Shown piece after piece: positions 8,878 through 18,113 of a stretch of DNA of 64,000 bases. The DNA lies in assembly GCA_963733345.1 (NCBI GenBank), contig CAVTDX010000109.1, positions 1,786-65,785 on the forward strand. The letters are read 5' to 3'. Below the pieces are notes generated by a model. That model did not search any database. It was not told the origin of the DNA and saw only the letters and a program-made list of their open reading frames with translations. Every line of letters begins with the position of its first letter. The stretch's first letter is position 1. A program made the position numbers and the translations under genes. This stretch comes from an uncultured delta proteobacterium (GTDB lineage: Bacteria > Desulfobacterota > Syntrophorhabdia > Syntrophorhabdales > WCHB1-27).

Positions 8878-10270
8878 ATGAAAAAAATCACAATCCTCTT
8901 GATTGTCCTCATGTTGATTCCGTTCTCGTCATGCTCCCAACGTAAGACGGAAAACCAGCAGGAACAGGCGGCGGAACTAACCTCGCTGTTTCCTGTGGTG
9001 CAGGATGGGAAAATTGGCTTCATAGATAAGACTGGAAAGATCGTCATCAATCCTCAGTTCGCTCACGCAAACGATTTTCACGAGGGCCTGGCAGGCGTTC
9101 GGGTTGGTGACAGATGGGGCTTCATCGACAAGACCGGAAAGATCGTCATTAATCCGCAGTTTGATGAAGCATGGGAGTTTTGCGGGGGCTTGGCGGCGAT
9201 AAAAATAGGCACTGAGTGGGGTTATATCGACAAGACCGGAAAGATCGTCATCAATCCGCAGTTTGATCAAGGTAACACCCTCTCCGAGGGACTGGCAGGG
9301 GTTAAAGTGGGGGAACGGTGGGGTTATATCGATCAGAAGGGAAAATATATTATCAATCCTCAGTTCGCTCACGCAAACGATTTTCACGAGGGCCTGGCAG
9401 GCGTTCGGGTTGGTGACAGATGGGGCTTCATCGACAAGACCGGAAAGATCATTATCAATCCGCAGTTTGATGAAGCATGGGAGTTTTGCGGGGGCTTGGC
9501 GGCGATAAAAATAGGCACTGAGTGGGGTTATATCGACAAGACCGGAAAGATCGTCATCAATCCGCAGTTTGATCAAGGTAACACCCTCTCCGAGGGACTG
9601 GCAGGGGTTAAAGTGGGGGAACGGTGGGGTTATATCGATCAGAAGGGAAAATATATTATCAATCCTCAGTTCGCTCACGCAAACGATTTTCACGAGGGCC
9701 TGGCAGGCGTTCGGGTTGGTGACAGATGGGGCTTCATCGACAAGACCGGAAAGATCATTATCAATCCGCAGTTTGACCAGGCTTCGAGTTACAGAGGGGG
9801 GCTGGCAGAGGTTACAATCGGGGACAGAAAGGGCTACGTTGACCGGACTGGTAGCTATCTGTGGAATCCAAGTTATTGGGACGCCGACAAATCGCTCATC
9901 ATCCAGAAGGTGGTGGGACAGGAGCTCCCCATTAGAGACGGAAGGCTCTTTTTTGTCAAGGGGGTGGTGGTGAACGGCTCACCCTGGCCAAGAAAGTACG
10001 TGATTTTGACGGCAAAGCTCTTCGACGAGCACGGGACGGTTATTGGCGAGCGATTCTGCGCTTGCCGGCCTCCCGCTCTCGGTCGAGGAGGTCCAGCAGA
10101 TGCAAAAGGCCGACATCGAGAAGAAGGTGGAGGACTTCAGGTTGTCCAGCATGTCCACGTTCATTCTGCAAAGCGGTAAGGAGTTGCCTTTTTCCATCAT
10201 TTTTGCCGATTCCTACACGGGGAAACCCAAAGAGTTTACCACGGAGATTTGCGAGGCGCCTCCTGTCTAA
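8878..10270 (+). CDS. WG-repeat (KWG-like) lipoprotein; apparent +1 frameshift near 10050
   Basis: Signal MKKITILLIVLMLIPFSSC. About 12 repeats of WGFIDKTGKIVINPQFD.A..F.EGLA.V. The C-terminal domain continues in ORF 10043..10270. Confidence 0.8.
9046..9774 (+). repeat. 306-bp tandem repeat, 2.4 copies, inside the WG-repeat gene
   Basis: Units start at 9046, 9352 and 9658 (atcaatcctcagttcgctcacgc...). Nearly identical at DNA level apart from a few synonymous-type changes (gtcattaat vs attatcaat). Confidence 0.95.
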
Positions 10271-10697
10271 CTCTCCCAGTCATTCATGCTATTCTGGTCG
10301 AACCTTACCATTCAATTAGCTACCTCACCGGAGTGGCCAAACTGCGAGAGCCCGGCGAATTCTGCTTTACTCGCCTACAAATCGTAATCTTTGGCTTCAA
10401 TAACCCTAAAGCATGCATGAGTAGGTGGAAGCGAGTATCTGTAGTGATTACAAGCAGTTGATGCTTGCACCTACCTACGAGTCCTTGCCTGCGGCCTTCT
10501 AAGGCTGGCGAAGAATACCACTCGAAAGTGAAGAACGCAAAAGGAAAGTAGACAGTTCGTATTATTTCATCCCATTTTCTGCAGGAGGCAACGCTTTCTT
10601 CCGTAACCGTGAATCTGTCTCCTGTCGAGGCTACTCACGGTCACGTTCGGAAATCCAGCAGTCCGTACACCTATTTTCGATGAAGTATTCTGGGATC

Positions 10698-10706
10698 GTG
10701 CTATAA
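10698..10706 (+). promoter_or_regulatory. Extended -10 element (TGcTATAAT) immediately upstream of ATG 10714; possible leaderless transcript
   Basis: cgTGcTATAATattgacATG. No Shine-Dalgarno between the box and the start codon. Confidence 0.3.
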
Positions 10707-10713
10707 TATTGAC

Positions 10714-11625
10714 ATGAATTGGAGTGCGATTGCTCCGCTTCAGTATCGATGGGATCTTCCAGACCACGTAAAATTACCATATCAACTTGCTGATCGAGTG
10801 CTGCTTACCGAACCCCCACCGTGGATAAAGTCCGAGGAGGTCCTCGGGGATTTATCGCTCGCGTCGCGGGATATGTTGAGATATTATGCCCGTTATTGCA
10901 TTTCGATAGACTATGACTCAGGGGTTGGAGGAACCCCAGACCCAAACTGGAAAGGCAGGCAAAGCCGTTCAATTCAAGATACGGTCCTGGAATGGTTGCA
11001 ATTCGTAGTATTCGCCTTGTGGCTAACTCGGCGGACAGAGTGCTCATTTTTCTGTGTCATCCAGGGCACGAGGGTCAACGGCGAATGGCTGGAACGATTC
11101 TTCCGTGAGACCCCGCCTATTGCGCCACTGCGAATATACGAAAATGCACAACTTCAAGAGTCCGATTTATCAATGGCCAGCACTATGTTCCGTGCGCTCC
11201 GGGCCATAGCCCCGATGTCCTCTATCCGCACAGCCACAAAGGCAACGATACGTGCGCTTACTGAGGGTTGAGAACTGCGTTTTTTGCTTTTATGGCTGGC
11301 GATTGAGAGTTTGTTTGGGTCACCTCAAGAGATAAGTTTTCGTCTCTCACAGCGAGTGGCGTTCTTTCTCTCCGAAAGTCTCTCGGAAGCCCGAGGTCTC
11401 TTCGAGGATACGAAAAACAGCTATACGTGGCGCTCAAGACTGATCCACGGGCAACGTCTCGATAGACTGACAGGTGAAGAGTCACTAAAACTCATTGACG
11501 ACCTGGAAAATAGAATCGGCCGTTCAATGGTCAAAATACTGGGCCATGAAAAGATATTGGAGTGCTTCGAAGCGAATGACCGGGAGAAATTCTTGGATGA
11601 GCTTGCGTTCACCAGAATATTTTAA
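10714..11625 (+). CDS. HEPN-motif protein (unknown N-terminal domain plus C-terminal HEPN-like domain), interrupted by an in-frame TGA at 11269-11271
   Basis: ORFs 10714..11271 and 11284..11625 share one frame. The sequence across the stop reads TEG*ELRFLLLWLAIESLFG. Downstream YTWRSRLIHG is an Rx4H HEPN motif. Confidence 0.55.
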
Positions 11626-11750
11626 TGAAGGGTCAGCAGCAGCGGACCGCAAGCATATTGAAACGGAATGGCTGTGCAACAAGTGGCGTATTCGCTTACA
11701 ACGCCATCCACGGCCGCAACCTCTCGTGATAAGGTGGAAGGACATAGGCT

Positions 11751-12419
11751 ATGAGCATAGAAGATGACATCAACGAGTACATTGGATACCTCGCCGAGCA
11801 AATTGAAAGCATAGCCCACATAGAATTCCGACTCTTCCGAAAAATCCTCCAGGCAGCAGTAATCGACACACTCAGTAGAGCGGCCTGCCCTGACGTTCGA
11901 GGGCACCGAGAACGTGTTGTCCGGTTCATCGATTTATGCTCCGGCTGGCAGTATAAAGATAGGGTCAGCGCTCCACAGCTGCTTCTGGTTCTTGAGCAGA
12001 ATCAAAGAACAGGCAACAAACTCTATGAAGAGATGCAACGACTGGTTAATTCGTATTTGTGGGGAAGATGGGGCGTACCAACCCCAGAAGATGACGCAAC
12101 TTACCAAGCAGTATGCGACTTTGCAGCCAGTGATGAGGAGAAATTCATAAAGGAAACCAGATACGCCGAGCTTTTCTATACTTATCGTAATAATCTTGTC
12201 CATGAGTTTCGCGAACCAGGATATGCGATGGAGATCAGGGACGACCCCTCGCCGTACTACCTTAATGTTCAAGGACAGGGCTGGCAGTTGGTGTTCCCTG
12301 CCCCGTTCTTTGACGCGCTCTGTAAGGGTTGCCTAACTGGACTCGGCAACCATCTCAGGGTAGAGAAACGCAATCCCTATGACAGCTATAAGTTCGGCTC
12401 ACTATGGCGTCGCACATAG
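11751..12419 (+). CDS. Hypothetical protein with an Rx4H (HEPN-like) motif
   Basis: 222 aa. GGAAGGA RBS. ELFYTYRNNLVHEFREPG contains R-N-N-L-V-H. I recognise no other family. Confidence 0.55.
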   Translation: MSIEDDINEYIGYLAEQIESIAHIEFRLFRKILQAAVIDTLSRAACPDVRGHRERVVRFIDLCSGWQYKDRVSAPQLLLVLEQNQRTGNKLYEEMQRLVNSYLWGRWGVPTPEDDATYQAVCDFAASDEEKFIKETRYAELFYTYRNNLVHEFREPGYAMEIRDDPSPYYLNVQGQGWQLVFPAPFFDALCKGCLTGLGNHLRVEKRNPYDSYKFGSLWRRT

Positions 12420-12553
12420 CAAGAGCGATGGCCTTACTTTTTGCGTTGTAATCGGGCTGTCGGCCGCCATTTCTTTCTCTTGGCAATGTTCGCTTATAAA
12501 CGATGGCCGCGTTTCTACGATTGGTAGGTGTAATGAATTCCCCGCCACAGGCG

Positions 12554-12982
12554 TCACATCATGATGTTTCCGCTGGAGTCGAACAGCGCGATAAAGAGCG
12601 ACGCCGGGAGCACGGTCGGGTACCCGGACAGGCTGAACGCGAGGATCGGGCTCTTGTCGGTCGAGGTATCGCCGCGCGTGTATGTGAACGTCACGCTGGC
12701 GCCGTTGGCGATCACGCCGGGCGAGGGCGAGATCGCGCCGTTGCCCCTCGTGAAAGAGACGTTGAGCGTGTAATTGCCGGGGATCGGCTGGCCGTTCTGA
12801 TCCAGGACCGTAACGGTTATCGTGATCGTGTCCGTGCCCCAGGCGAGCGAGCTCGAGGCTGCGGCTGCGGAGAGGCTCGACGGGACGGGCGCCACAAAGA
12901 GCTTGTGGATATCCGACTGGATCACGCCTGCCATGCCGGGATAGACGAGGACCCAATCGAGCAGGTCCTGACCCGTGGGCAT
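12554..12982 (-). CDS. Bacterial Ig-like (Big_1/invasin-type) domain protein, probably a fragment
   Basis: ORF 12554..12982(-). TITITVTVLDQNGQPIPGNYTLNVSFTRGNGAISPSPGVIANGASVTFTYT is Big-domain-like. No signal peptide or clear RBS. Confidence 0.45.
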   Translation of the reverse strand: MPTGQDLLDWVLVYPGMAGVIQSDIHKLFVAPVPSSLSAAAASSSLAWGTDTITITVTVLDQNGQPIPGNYTLNVSFTRGNGAISPSPGVIANGASVTFTYTRGDTSTDKSPILAFSLSGYPTVLPASLFIALFDSSGNIMM

Positions 12983-13112
12983 CGCGGTCGGCGGCCCCGA
13001 TTACGTCCGCGATGTCATGGAGCGCTTCGGGATCGCTGAGAACGCCGCCGAGGACGGCGACCTCAGCGTCGAGGGCGTGTGGCGCAACGCGCGCCGGGGC
13101 TGTTCGGCTCAT
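12972..13112 (-). pseudogene. 5' fragment resembling the N-terminus of replicative helicase DnaB (about 45 codons)
   Basis: ATG 13112: MSRTAPARVAPHALDAEVAVLGGVLSDPEALHDIADVIGAAD matches the DnaB N-terminal pattern (P...EAE.avLG..L.d.eal..i). Similarity then ends. Confidence 0.45.
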
Positions 13113-13289
13113 ATTGCCCTCGCAAACAGTTGTTTTGCCATGCTGGCCTCCTCGGTGCGTGGAGATTTTGGTTGCGTTTTGGTTGCGTTTGTGTCTTGAA
13201 TCTTCCGGTATCTTCCCGTTTGGAGAGGGTCGTAAGTGGTTATTACGATTAGAAAAGCGCGATGCCTTGCGGTTTTCCGCCGGCATAGG

Positions 13290-13295
13290 TATACT
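13290..13295 (+). promoter_or_regulatory. -10 box TATACT 8 nt upstream of the ffh ATG; possible leaderless or near-leaderless start
   Basis: ggTATACTattgacatATG. No Shine-Dalgarno. Confidence 0.25.
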
Positions 13296-13303
13296 ATTGA
13301 CAT

Positions 13304-14631
13304 ATGTTCGAGAAATTACAGGAAAGACTCGACGTAATATTCAAAAAGGTTAAGGGTTACGGCAAGCTCAGCGAGAGCAACGTCAAAGACTCGTTGCGCG
13401 AGGTGCGGGTAGCCCTCCTCGAGGCGGACGTCAACTACAAGGTTGCTAAAGACTTCCTTGAAAAGGTGAAAGAGAAGGCCCTGGGAGAAGAAGTGATGAC
13501 GAGCATCACGCCGGGCCAGAAGTTCATCAAGGTGGTCTATGAAGAAATGTGCGAACTCCTGGGGGAGACGAACAAGCCCCTCGATGTCGCCGGTTCGCCG
13601 CCTGTCCCTGTCATGCTCCTCGGCCTTCAGGGCTCCGGCAAAACGACCACAGCGGGGAAGCTGGCGCTTTATCTGAGGAAAAAGGGGCGGAAACCCCTCC
13701 TCGTGCCGACGGACATCTACAGACCCGCGGCCATCGCGCAGCTCGCAAAAATCGGCAGCCAGATCGCGATCGAGAGCTACGCGCCGGCGGAGGGGGCCGG
13801 TCCGGTCGAATCTGCCGCGACGCCCGGGCGTATGCCATGAAAAAGGGGTTCGACACCCTCGTCGTCGACACCGCGGGCCGGCTGCACATCGATGAAGAGA
13901 TGGTGCAGGAGCTTGTGCGCCAGAAGAAGATGCTCAACCCGAGAGAGACCCTCCTCGTCGTCGACGCCATGACAGGGCAGGACGCGGTGAACATGGCGAA
14001 GGCTTTCGATGAGAAGGTTGCGATTGACGGCGTCATCCTCACCAAGCTCGACGGCGACGCAAGGGGAGGCGCGGCGCTCTCCATCCGGGCCTCGACGGGC
14101 AAGTACATCAAGTTCATCGGCACAGGCGAGAAGCTCGACGCCCTTGAGGCCTTCCACCCGGACAGGATGGCTTCCCGCATCCTCGGCATGGGCGACGTGG
14201 TCTCCCTGGTTGAGAAGGCCCAGGAGGTCTTCGACGAGAAGAAGGCAAAGGAATTCGAGCGCAAGCTGAGAAAGGACGAGTTTACCCTCGAGGACTTCAA
14301 AGAGCAGATCAAGCAGGTCAAGAAACTGGGGAGCATAGAGTCCGTCATCGGCATGATCCCGGGGCTAAGCAAGATGAAAGGGGCGATAGATTTCTCGGAA
14401 GCCGAAAAGGAGATCAAGCGCACGGAGGCTATCATCAACTCCATGACGCCGAAGGAGAAGCTCTATCCCCACCTCATCGACGGCTCGCGCAGGATGAGGA
14501 TAGCGAAGGGGAGCGGTCACCGCGTCCAGGACGTGAACGAGCTCCTGAAGCGGTACCTGGAAACAAAGAAAATGATCAAGAGATTTACCAAGGGAGGCGT
14601 GAAGGGTCTTCCCAAGCACTTATTCGGATGA
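13304..14631 (+). CDS. ffh: Signal recognition particle protein Ffh; apparent -1 frameshift near 13810
   Basis: [27 protein letters not shown] in ORF 13304..13840. ..[38 protein letters not shown]-domain follows in the ORF 13549..14631 frame. Confidence 0.9.
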
Positions 14632-14641
14632 GGAGGCAAGA

Positions 14642-14899
14642 TTGGCTGTAAAATTCAGACTTTCGCGCAAAGGATCGAAGAAGAGGCCCTTTTATCGGAT
14701 TGTAGTGGCAGATGAGAGATGTCCGAGGGACGGAAGGTTCATCGAGATGGTAGGCACGTACAATTGCCTGGCCGACCCTTTCGAGGTGAGCCTCGACAAA
14801 GATAAAATCACTGCCTGGTATCAGAAAGGCGCAAGGCCGACGAAGACGGTTGAGAAGCTTTTCAAGCGGGAAGGGGTTTTGAGCGAAGCGCCCCATTAA
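14642..14899 (+). CDS. rpsP: 30S ribosomal protein S16
   Basis: MAVKFRLSRKGSKKRPFYRIVVAD.R.PRDGRFIE.VG.YN. TTG start after a GAGGAGG RBS. Confidence 0.9.
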   Translation: MAVKFRLSRKGSKKRPFYRIVVADERCPRDGRFIEMVGTYNCLADPFEVSLDKDKITAWYQKGARPTKTVEKLFKREGVLSEAPH

Positions 14900-14921
14900 T
14901 TGACCCTCCGGAGGTGGAGCT

Positions 14922-15155
14922 GTGCTGAAAGAACTGATCGAGTACATCGCGAAGGCATTGGTGGATAGCCCTGATCAGGTAAAGGTTTCCGAAATCGAAG
15001 GGGAAAGGACGTCGGTTATCGAGCTCAGCGTAGCCAAGGACGATTTGGGAAAGGTCATAGGAAAGCAAGGCCGGACTGCGAGGGCCATGAGGACGATACT
15101 GAGCGCAGCTTCGACTAAGGCAAAAAAGAGGGCCGTCCTCGAAATAATCGAGTGA
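14922..15155 (+). CDS. KH-domain RNA-binding protein (UPF0109/YlqC-like)
   Basis: 77 aa with [19 protein letters not shown] (GXXG KH motif). Conserved position between rpsP and rimM. Confidence 0.85.
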   Translation: MLKELIEYIAKALVDSPDQVKVSEIEGERTSVIELSVAKDDLGKVIGKQGRTARAMRTILSAASTKAKKRAVLEIIE

Positions 15156-15653
15156 TGAGGTTCATTCCGGTAGGGCGGGTCGTATCGGCCCATGGAGTAA
15201 AAGGAGAGGTAAAATTCCGGTACTACAACGAAGACGCGGCGGCTTCCTTGCAGTATCCCTCATTTTTTGCTGAAGAGAACGGCGCGAAGCGAGAGCTGAA
15301 GCCTTTGCGCGTTCGCCCCCTGGCAGGTTCTTTCCTCATAAAATTGGAAGGGCTGGAGACCGCCGACGAGGTGCGCTTCCTCCTCGAAAGGGAGCTTTTC
15401 GTGAGAGAGGACGATCTGGCGCCCCTGGGAGAGGACGAGTACTACGACTACCAGCTTATCGGTCTCGTTGCAGTCACGGAGAAGGACCGGCTGCTCGGGA
15501 AGGTGGTGGAAGTGATGCACACGAAGGCGAACGACATCCTGGTAGTCAGGGGCGCCGCAGAAGCGCTCGTGCCGATGACAGGGGACCATATCGTGCAGAT
15601 CAGCATGAAAGAAGGGGCTCGTGCGCATCAGAGAGGACGGGCTCGTTGAATGA
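15155..15653 (+). CDS. rimM: 16S rRNA processing protein RimM; apparent +1 frameshift in the G-run near 15614-15617
   Basis: [17 protein letters not shown].. N-terminus. The as-read tail is [10 protein letters not shown]. The neighbouring frame gives [11 protein letters not shown] whose TGA overlaps the trmD ATG (ATGA). Confidence 0.8.
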
Positions 15654-16381
15654 TTTTCACTATCCTGACCCTGTTCCCGGGAATATTTGAATCCCCCCTC
15701 GACGAGAGTCTCATAAGAAAGGCGCGGGAGAAAGGCCTCCTAGAATTCAACATCGTCAACATAAGGGACTTTGCCGCCGATATCCACCGGACATGCGACG
15801 ATGCTCCTTTCGGCGGCGGGGCCGGCATGGTGATGAAGGCAGAGCCCGTCCGGCATGCGACGGCGCACGTCAGAAAGGAGCTCCCGGAAGCGCGTTTTGT
15901 CCTCCTCACGCCCGATGGGAAGCGCTTCGATCAGGAATCGGCCGCCCGGTTTGCTCTTCTCCCCCATCTGGCCCTGCTCTGCGGGCGCTACGAGGGCGTC
16001 GATGAACGCGTGCGCGCCCTGGTAGACGAGGAGATCTCGATCGGCGACTATATCCTATCGGGCGGCGAGACGGCGGCCCTCGTGGTTGTCGATGCCGTTT
16101 CCCGGCTGGTCCCCGGCGTTCTCGGCAATGAGGCGTCTCCCGTGGACGAGAGCTTCGCGCAAGGGCTGCTCGAATACCCCCAGTATACGCGCCCCCGGGA
16201 ATTTATGGGGATGGAGGCGCCGGAGGCGCTCCTGTCGGGGAACCATGAAGAGATCCGCAAGTGGAGAAGGAAGGAGTCGATCAGGAGGACTATCTTGCGG
16301 AGGCCCGACCTGATGGAGCGTTTTCGGCCCACACGGGAGGACGAGGTCATGATTCGGGAGGTCATGGAGGAGTTGGAATAG
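15650..16381 (+). CDS. trmD: tRNA (guanine37-N1)-methyltransferase TrmD
   Basis: [56 protein letters not shown]. Confidence 0.95.
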   Translation: MIFTILTLFPGIFESPLDESLIRKAREKGLLEFNIVNIRDFAADIHRTCDDAPFGGGAGMVMKAEPVRHATAHVRKELPEARFVLLTPDGKRFDQESAARFALLPHLALLCGRYEGVDERVRALVDEEISIGDYILSGGETAALVVVDAVSRLVPGVLGNEASPVDESFAQGLLEYPQYTRPREFMGMEAPEALLSGNHEEIRKWRRKESIRRTILRRPDLMERFRPTREDEVMIREVMEELE

Positions 16382-16383
16382 GC

Positions 16384-16959
16384 ATGGGCGCCGTCTATCT
16401 CGCCATCATCCATTATCCCGTCCTCGATAAGCAGGGCCAGATCGTCTCGACGAGCATCACCAACCTGGAACTGCACGATGCGGCGAGAAGTTGCATGACA
16501 TTCGGCGTAAGATTATGCTATATTGTGACTCCTCTCGAAAAACAGAGGGGCATAGCGCAGCAGCTTGTCGACCACTGGAAGACGGGCTACGGGCGGCAGT
16601 ACAATCCGCACAGGGCGCAGGCCCTCGAGCGGATTTGCATAAAAAAAGCCGTCAGCGACGTGATCTCGGATTTCCGGGGGCGTAAGCCGGTATTGATCGG
16701 CACGTCGTCGAAGAAAAGAGACGGCGCGATCGGCTACGGTCAATTAGGAAAATGGATCAAGGCCGACCCCGGGCCCTTCCTGCTGCTTTTCGGCACCGGC
16801 TGGGGTCTGCCCCCTGACGTAGTAAGAAGCTGCGAGAGAACATTGTTGCCGATCGACGGCCAGGGTGAATATAACCACCTGCCGCTGCGCGTCGCCATCG
16901 GCATTATTCTTGACAGACTGTTCGGCGCGAGAGGAGAAGAAGATGAACGAAACGATTGA
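16384..16959 (+). CDS. Conserved protein of the trmD-rplS cluster, probable SAM-dependent RNA methyltransferase (Methyltrn_RNA_4-like, from memory)
   Basis: [46 protein letters not shown]. The position between trmD and rplS is typical. Confidence 0.55.
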   Translation: MGAVYLAIIHYPVLDKQGQIVSTSITNLELHDAARSCMTFGVRLCYIVTPLEKQRGIAQQLVDHWKTGYGRQYNPHRAQALERICIKKAVSDVISDFRGRKPVLIGTSSKKRDGAIGYGQLGKWIKADPGPFLLLFGTGWGLPPDVVRSCERTLLPIDGQGEYNHLPLRVAIGIILDRLFGARGEEDERND

Positions 16960-17290
16960 CCTGATTGAAAAAGAACATATGAGGCTTGACCTCATCGACG
17001 TGGCCGTCGGCGACAGCGTCAAGGTTTTCACCAAGATCTACGAGGGCGACAAGGAACGGGTGCAGGTGTTCGAAGGCGTAGTCATCGGAAAGAGAGGCGG
17101 CAACACCAGGGCCACCTTCACCGTCCGGAAGGTCTCTTACGGCGTGGGGATCGAGAAGACCTTTCCAAAGCATTCCCCCCTGATAGAGCATATCGAGGTG
17201 ACTAGCAGGGCTAAGGTGCGCAGGGGCAAGCTCTATTACCTCAGGGGCCTGAAGGGGAAAGCGGCAAAGCTGAAGGAAAAAAGGGATTAG
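16943..17290 (+). CDS. rplS: 50S ribosomal protein L19
   Basis: [60 protein letters not shown]. Confidence 0.95.
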   Translation: MNETIDLIEKEHMRLDLIDVAVGDSVKVFTKIYEGDKERVQVFEGVVIGKRGGNTRATFTVRKVSYGVGIEKTFPKHSPLIEHIEVTSRAKVRRGKLYYLRGLKGKAAKLKEKRD

Positions 17291-17291
17291 C

Positions 17292-18113
17292 GTGCCGCCC
17301 TGCCCGCTTGTAAAAGGTTGGGGGGACACCCCTATCAGCAAGCTTGGAGGAGGGACACCCCTATCAGCAAGCTTGGAGGAGGGACACCCTTCCGAGCACA
17401 AAAAGGCGAGAGGAGTGTCCCTCCAACCGCACCGTGGCGAGAGGAGTGTCCCTCCAACCGCACCGTGGCGAGAGGAGTGTCCCCCTTCCAATAAAGGTTG
17501 GGGGGACACCCCTCCGAAAGACAAGGGGCGAGAGGAGTGTCCCCCTTCCAATTTTATAGCGGGTCTCGATGAGGCCGGGCGCGGGCCGCTGGCAGGTCCG
17601 GTGGTCTCCGCGTGCGTCGTGTGGGACGGTCTGCCCGTCTCGAGGGAAAAGGTCAACGATTCAAAACTGCTCAGCGAAAAGCAAAGAGAGCATCTCTTCG
17701 GATGGATCCTGGAGCACGCGTACAAGGTGGGCGTGGGGCAGGCAAGCCCCCGGGAGATCGAGCGGCTCAACATCCATAACGCCTCGCTCCTCTCCATGCA
17801 AAGAGCGGTGAGAAAGGCTGCGTTCCAGCCGCGCATCTTGCTTGTAGACGGGCTTTTCCCCCTGAAGGGGACGGCCCGATCAAAGCCGGTCGTCAAAGGC
17901 GACCGCAAGTGTTTCTTCATCGCCTGCGCATCCATCGTGGCGAAGGTCGTAAGGGACAGGCTGATGGTCGTTTACGGCGCCGTCTATCCTGACTACAACT
18001 GGAGGCAGAACAAGGGCTATCCCACAGAGGAGCACAGGCTCGCCATCGAGAGGTTCGGCCTGTCGCCCTTCCACAGGAAGACCTTTAGAGGCGTCAAGGA
18101 GTATGTGCGGTGA
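17292..18113 (+). CDS. rnhB: Ribonuclease HII. The conserved core starts at about 17553, and the only in-frame start codon is GTG 17292, upstream of the repeat cluster.
   Basis: FIAGLDEAGRGPLAGPVVSACVVW..NDSKLLSEKQRE..YKVGVGQASPREIE..KGD..ASIVAKV.RD. The N-terminal 87 codons are encoded by REP units. Confidence 0.85.
   Translation: MPPCPLVKGWGDTPISKLGGGTPLSASLEEGHPSEHKKARGVSLQPHRGERSVPPTAPWREECPPSNKGWGDTPPKDKGREECPPSNFIAGLDEAGRGPLAGPVVSACVVWDGLPVSREKVNDSKLLSEKQREHLFGWILEHAYKVGVGQASPREIERLNIHNASLLSMQRAVRKAAFQPRILLVDGLFPLKGTARSKPVVKGDRKCFFIACASIVAKVVRDRLMVVYGAVYPDYNWRQNKGYPTEEHRLAIERFGLSPFHRKTFRGVKEYVR
17316..17549. repeat. REP/BIME-like cluster 1: eight G-rich units (core GGGGGACAC / GTGTCCCCC), orientation pattern 3 forward, 3 reverse, 1 forward, 1 reverse
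   Basis: Units at 17316-33, 17346-62, 17375-92 (GGGACAC strand); 17405-28, 17436-59, 17467-89 (GGCGAGAGGAGTGTCCC strand); 17496-515; 17527-49. They can form nested hairpins. Confidence 0.9.

Noticed and set aside
11269-11271. In-frame TGA in the HEPN gene as selenocysteine or reassigned (Trp) codon
   Set aside because: TGA terminates several well-defined genes here (hicB 5842-5844, KH protein 15153-15155, rnhB 18111-18113). I noticed no SECIS-like hairpin immediately downstream. A substitution (TGG to TGA), either real or a sequencing error, is simpler.
12402-13286. 294-aa minus-strand ORF
   Set aside because: Arg/Pro/Gly-rich out-of-frame read-through of the Ig-like ORF and the dnaB-like stub. 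Only the short segment MSRTAP..IGAAD looks like real protein.
17316-17549. Repeat cluster with about 30-nt periodicity that could be mistaken for a CRISPR array (also 31482-31534, 40022-40105, 58373-58505)
   Set aside because: Units occur in both orientations within one cluster. The inter-unit segments are themselves repeated (tatcagcaagctt x2, gcaccgt x2) rather than unique spacers. Unit length (18-24 nt) and spacing are irregular.
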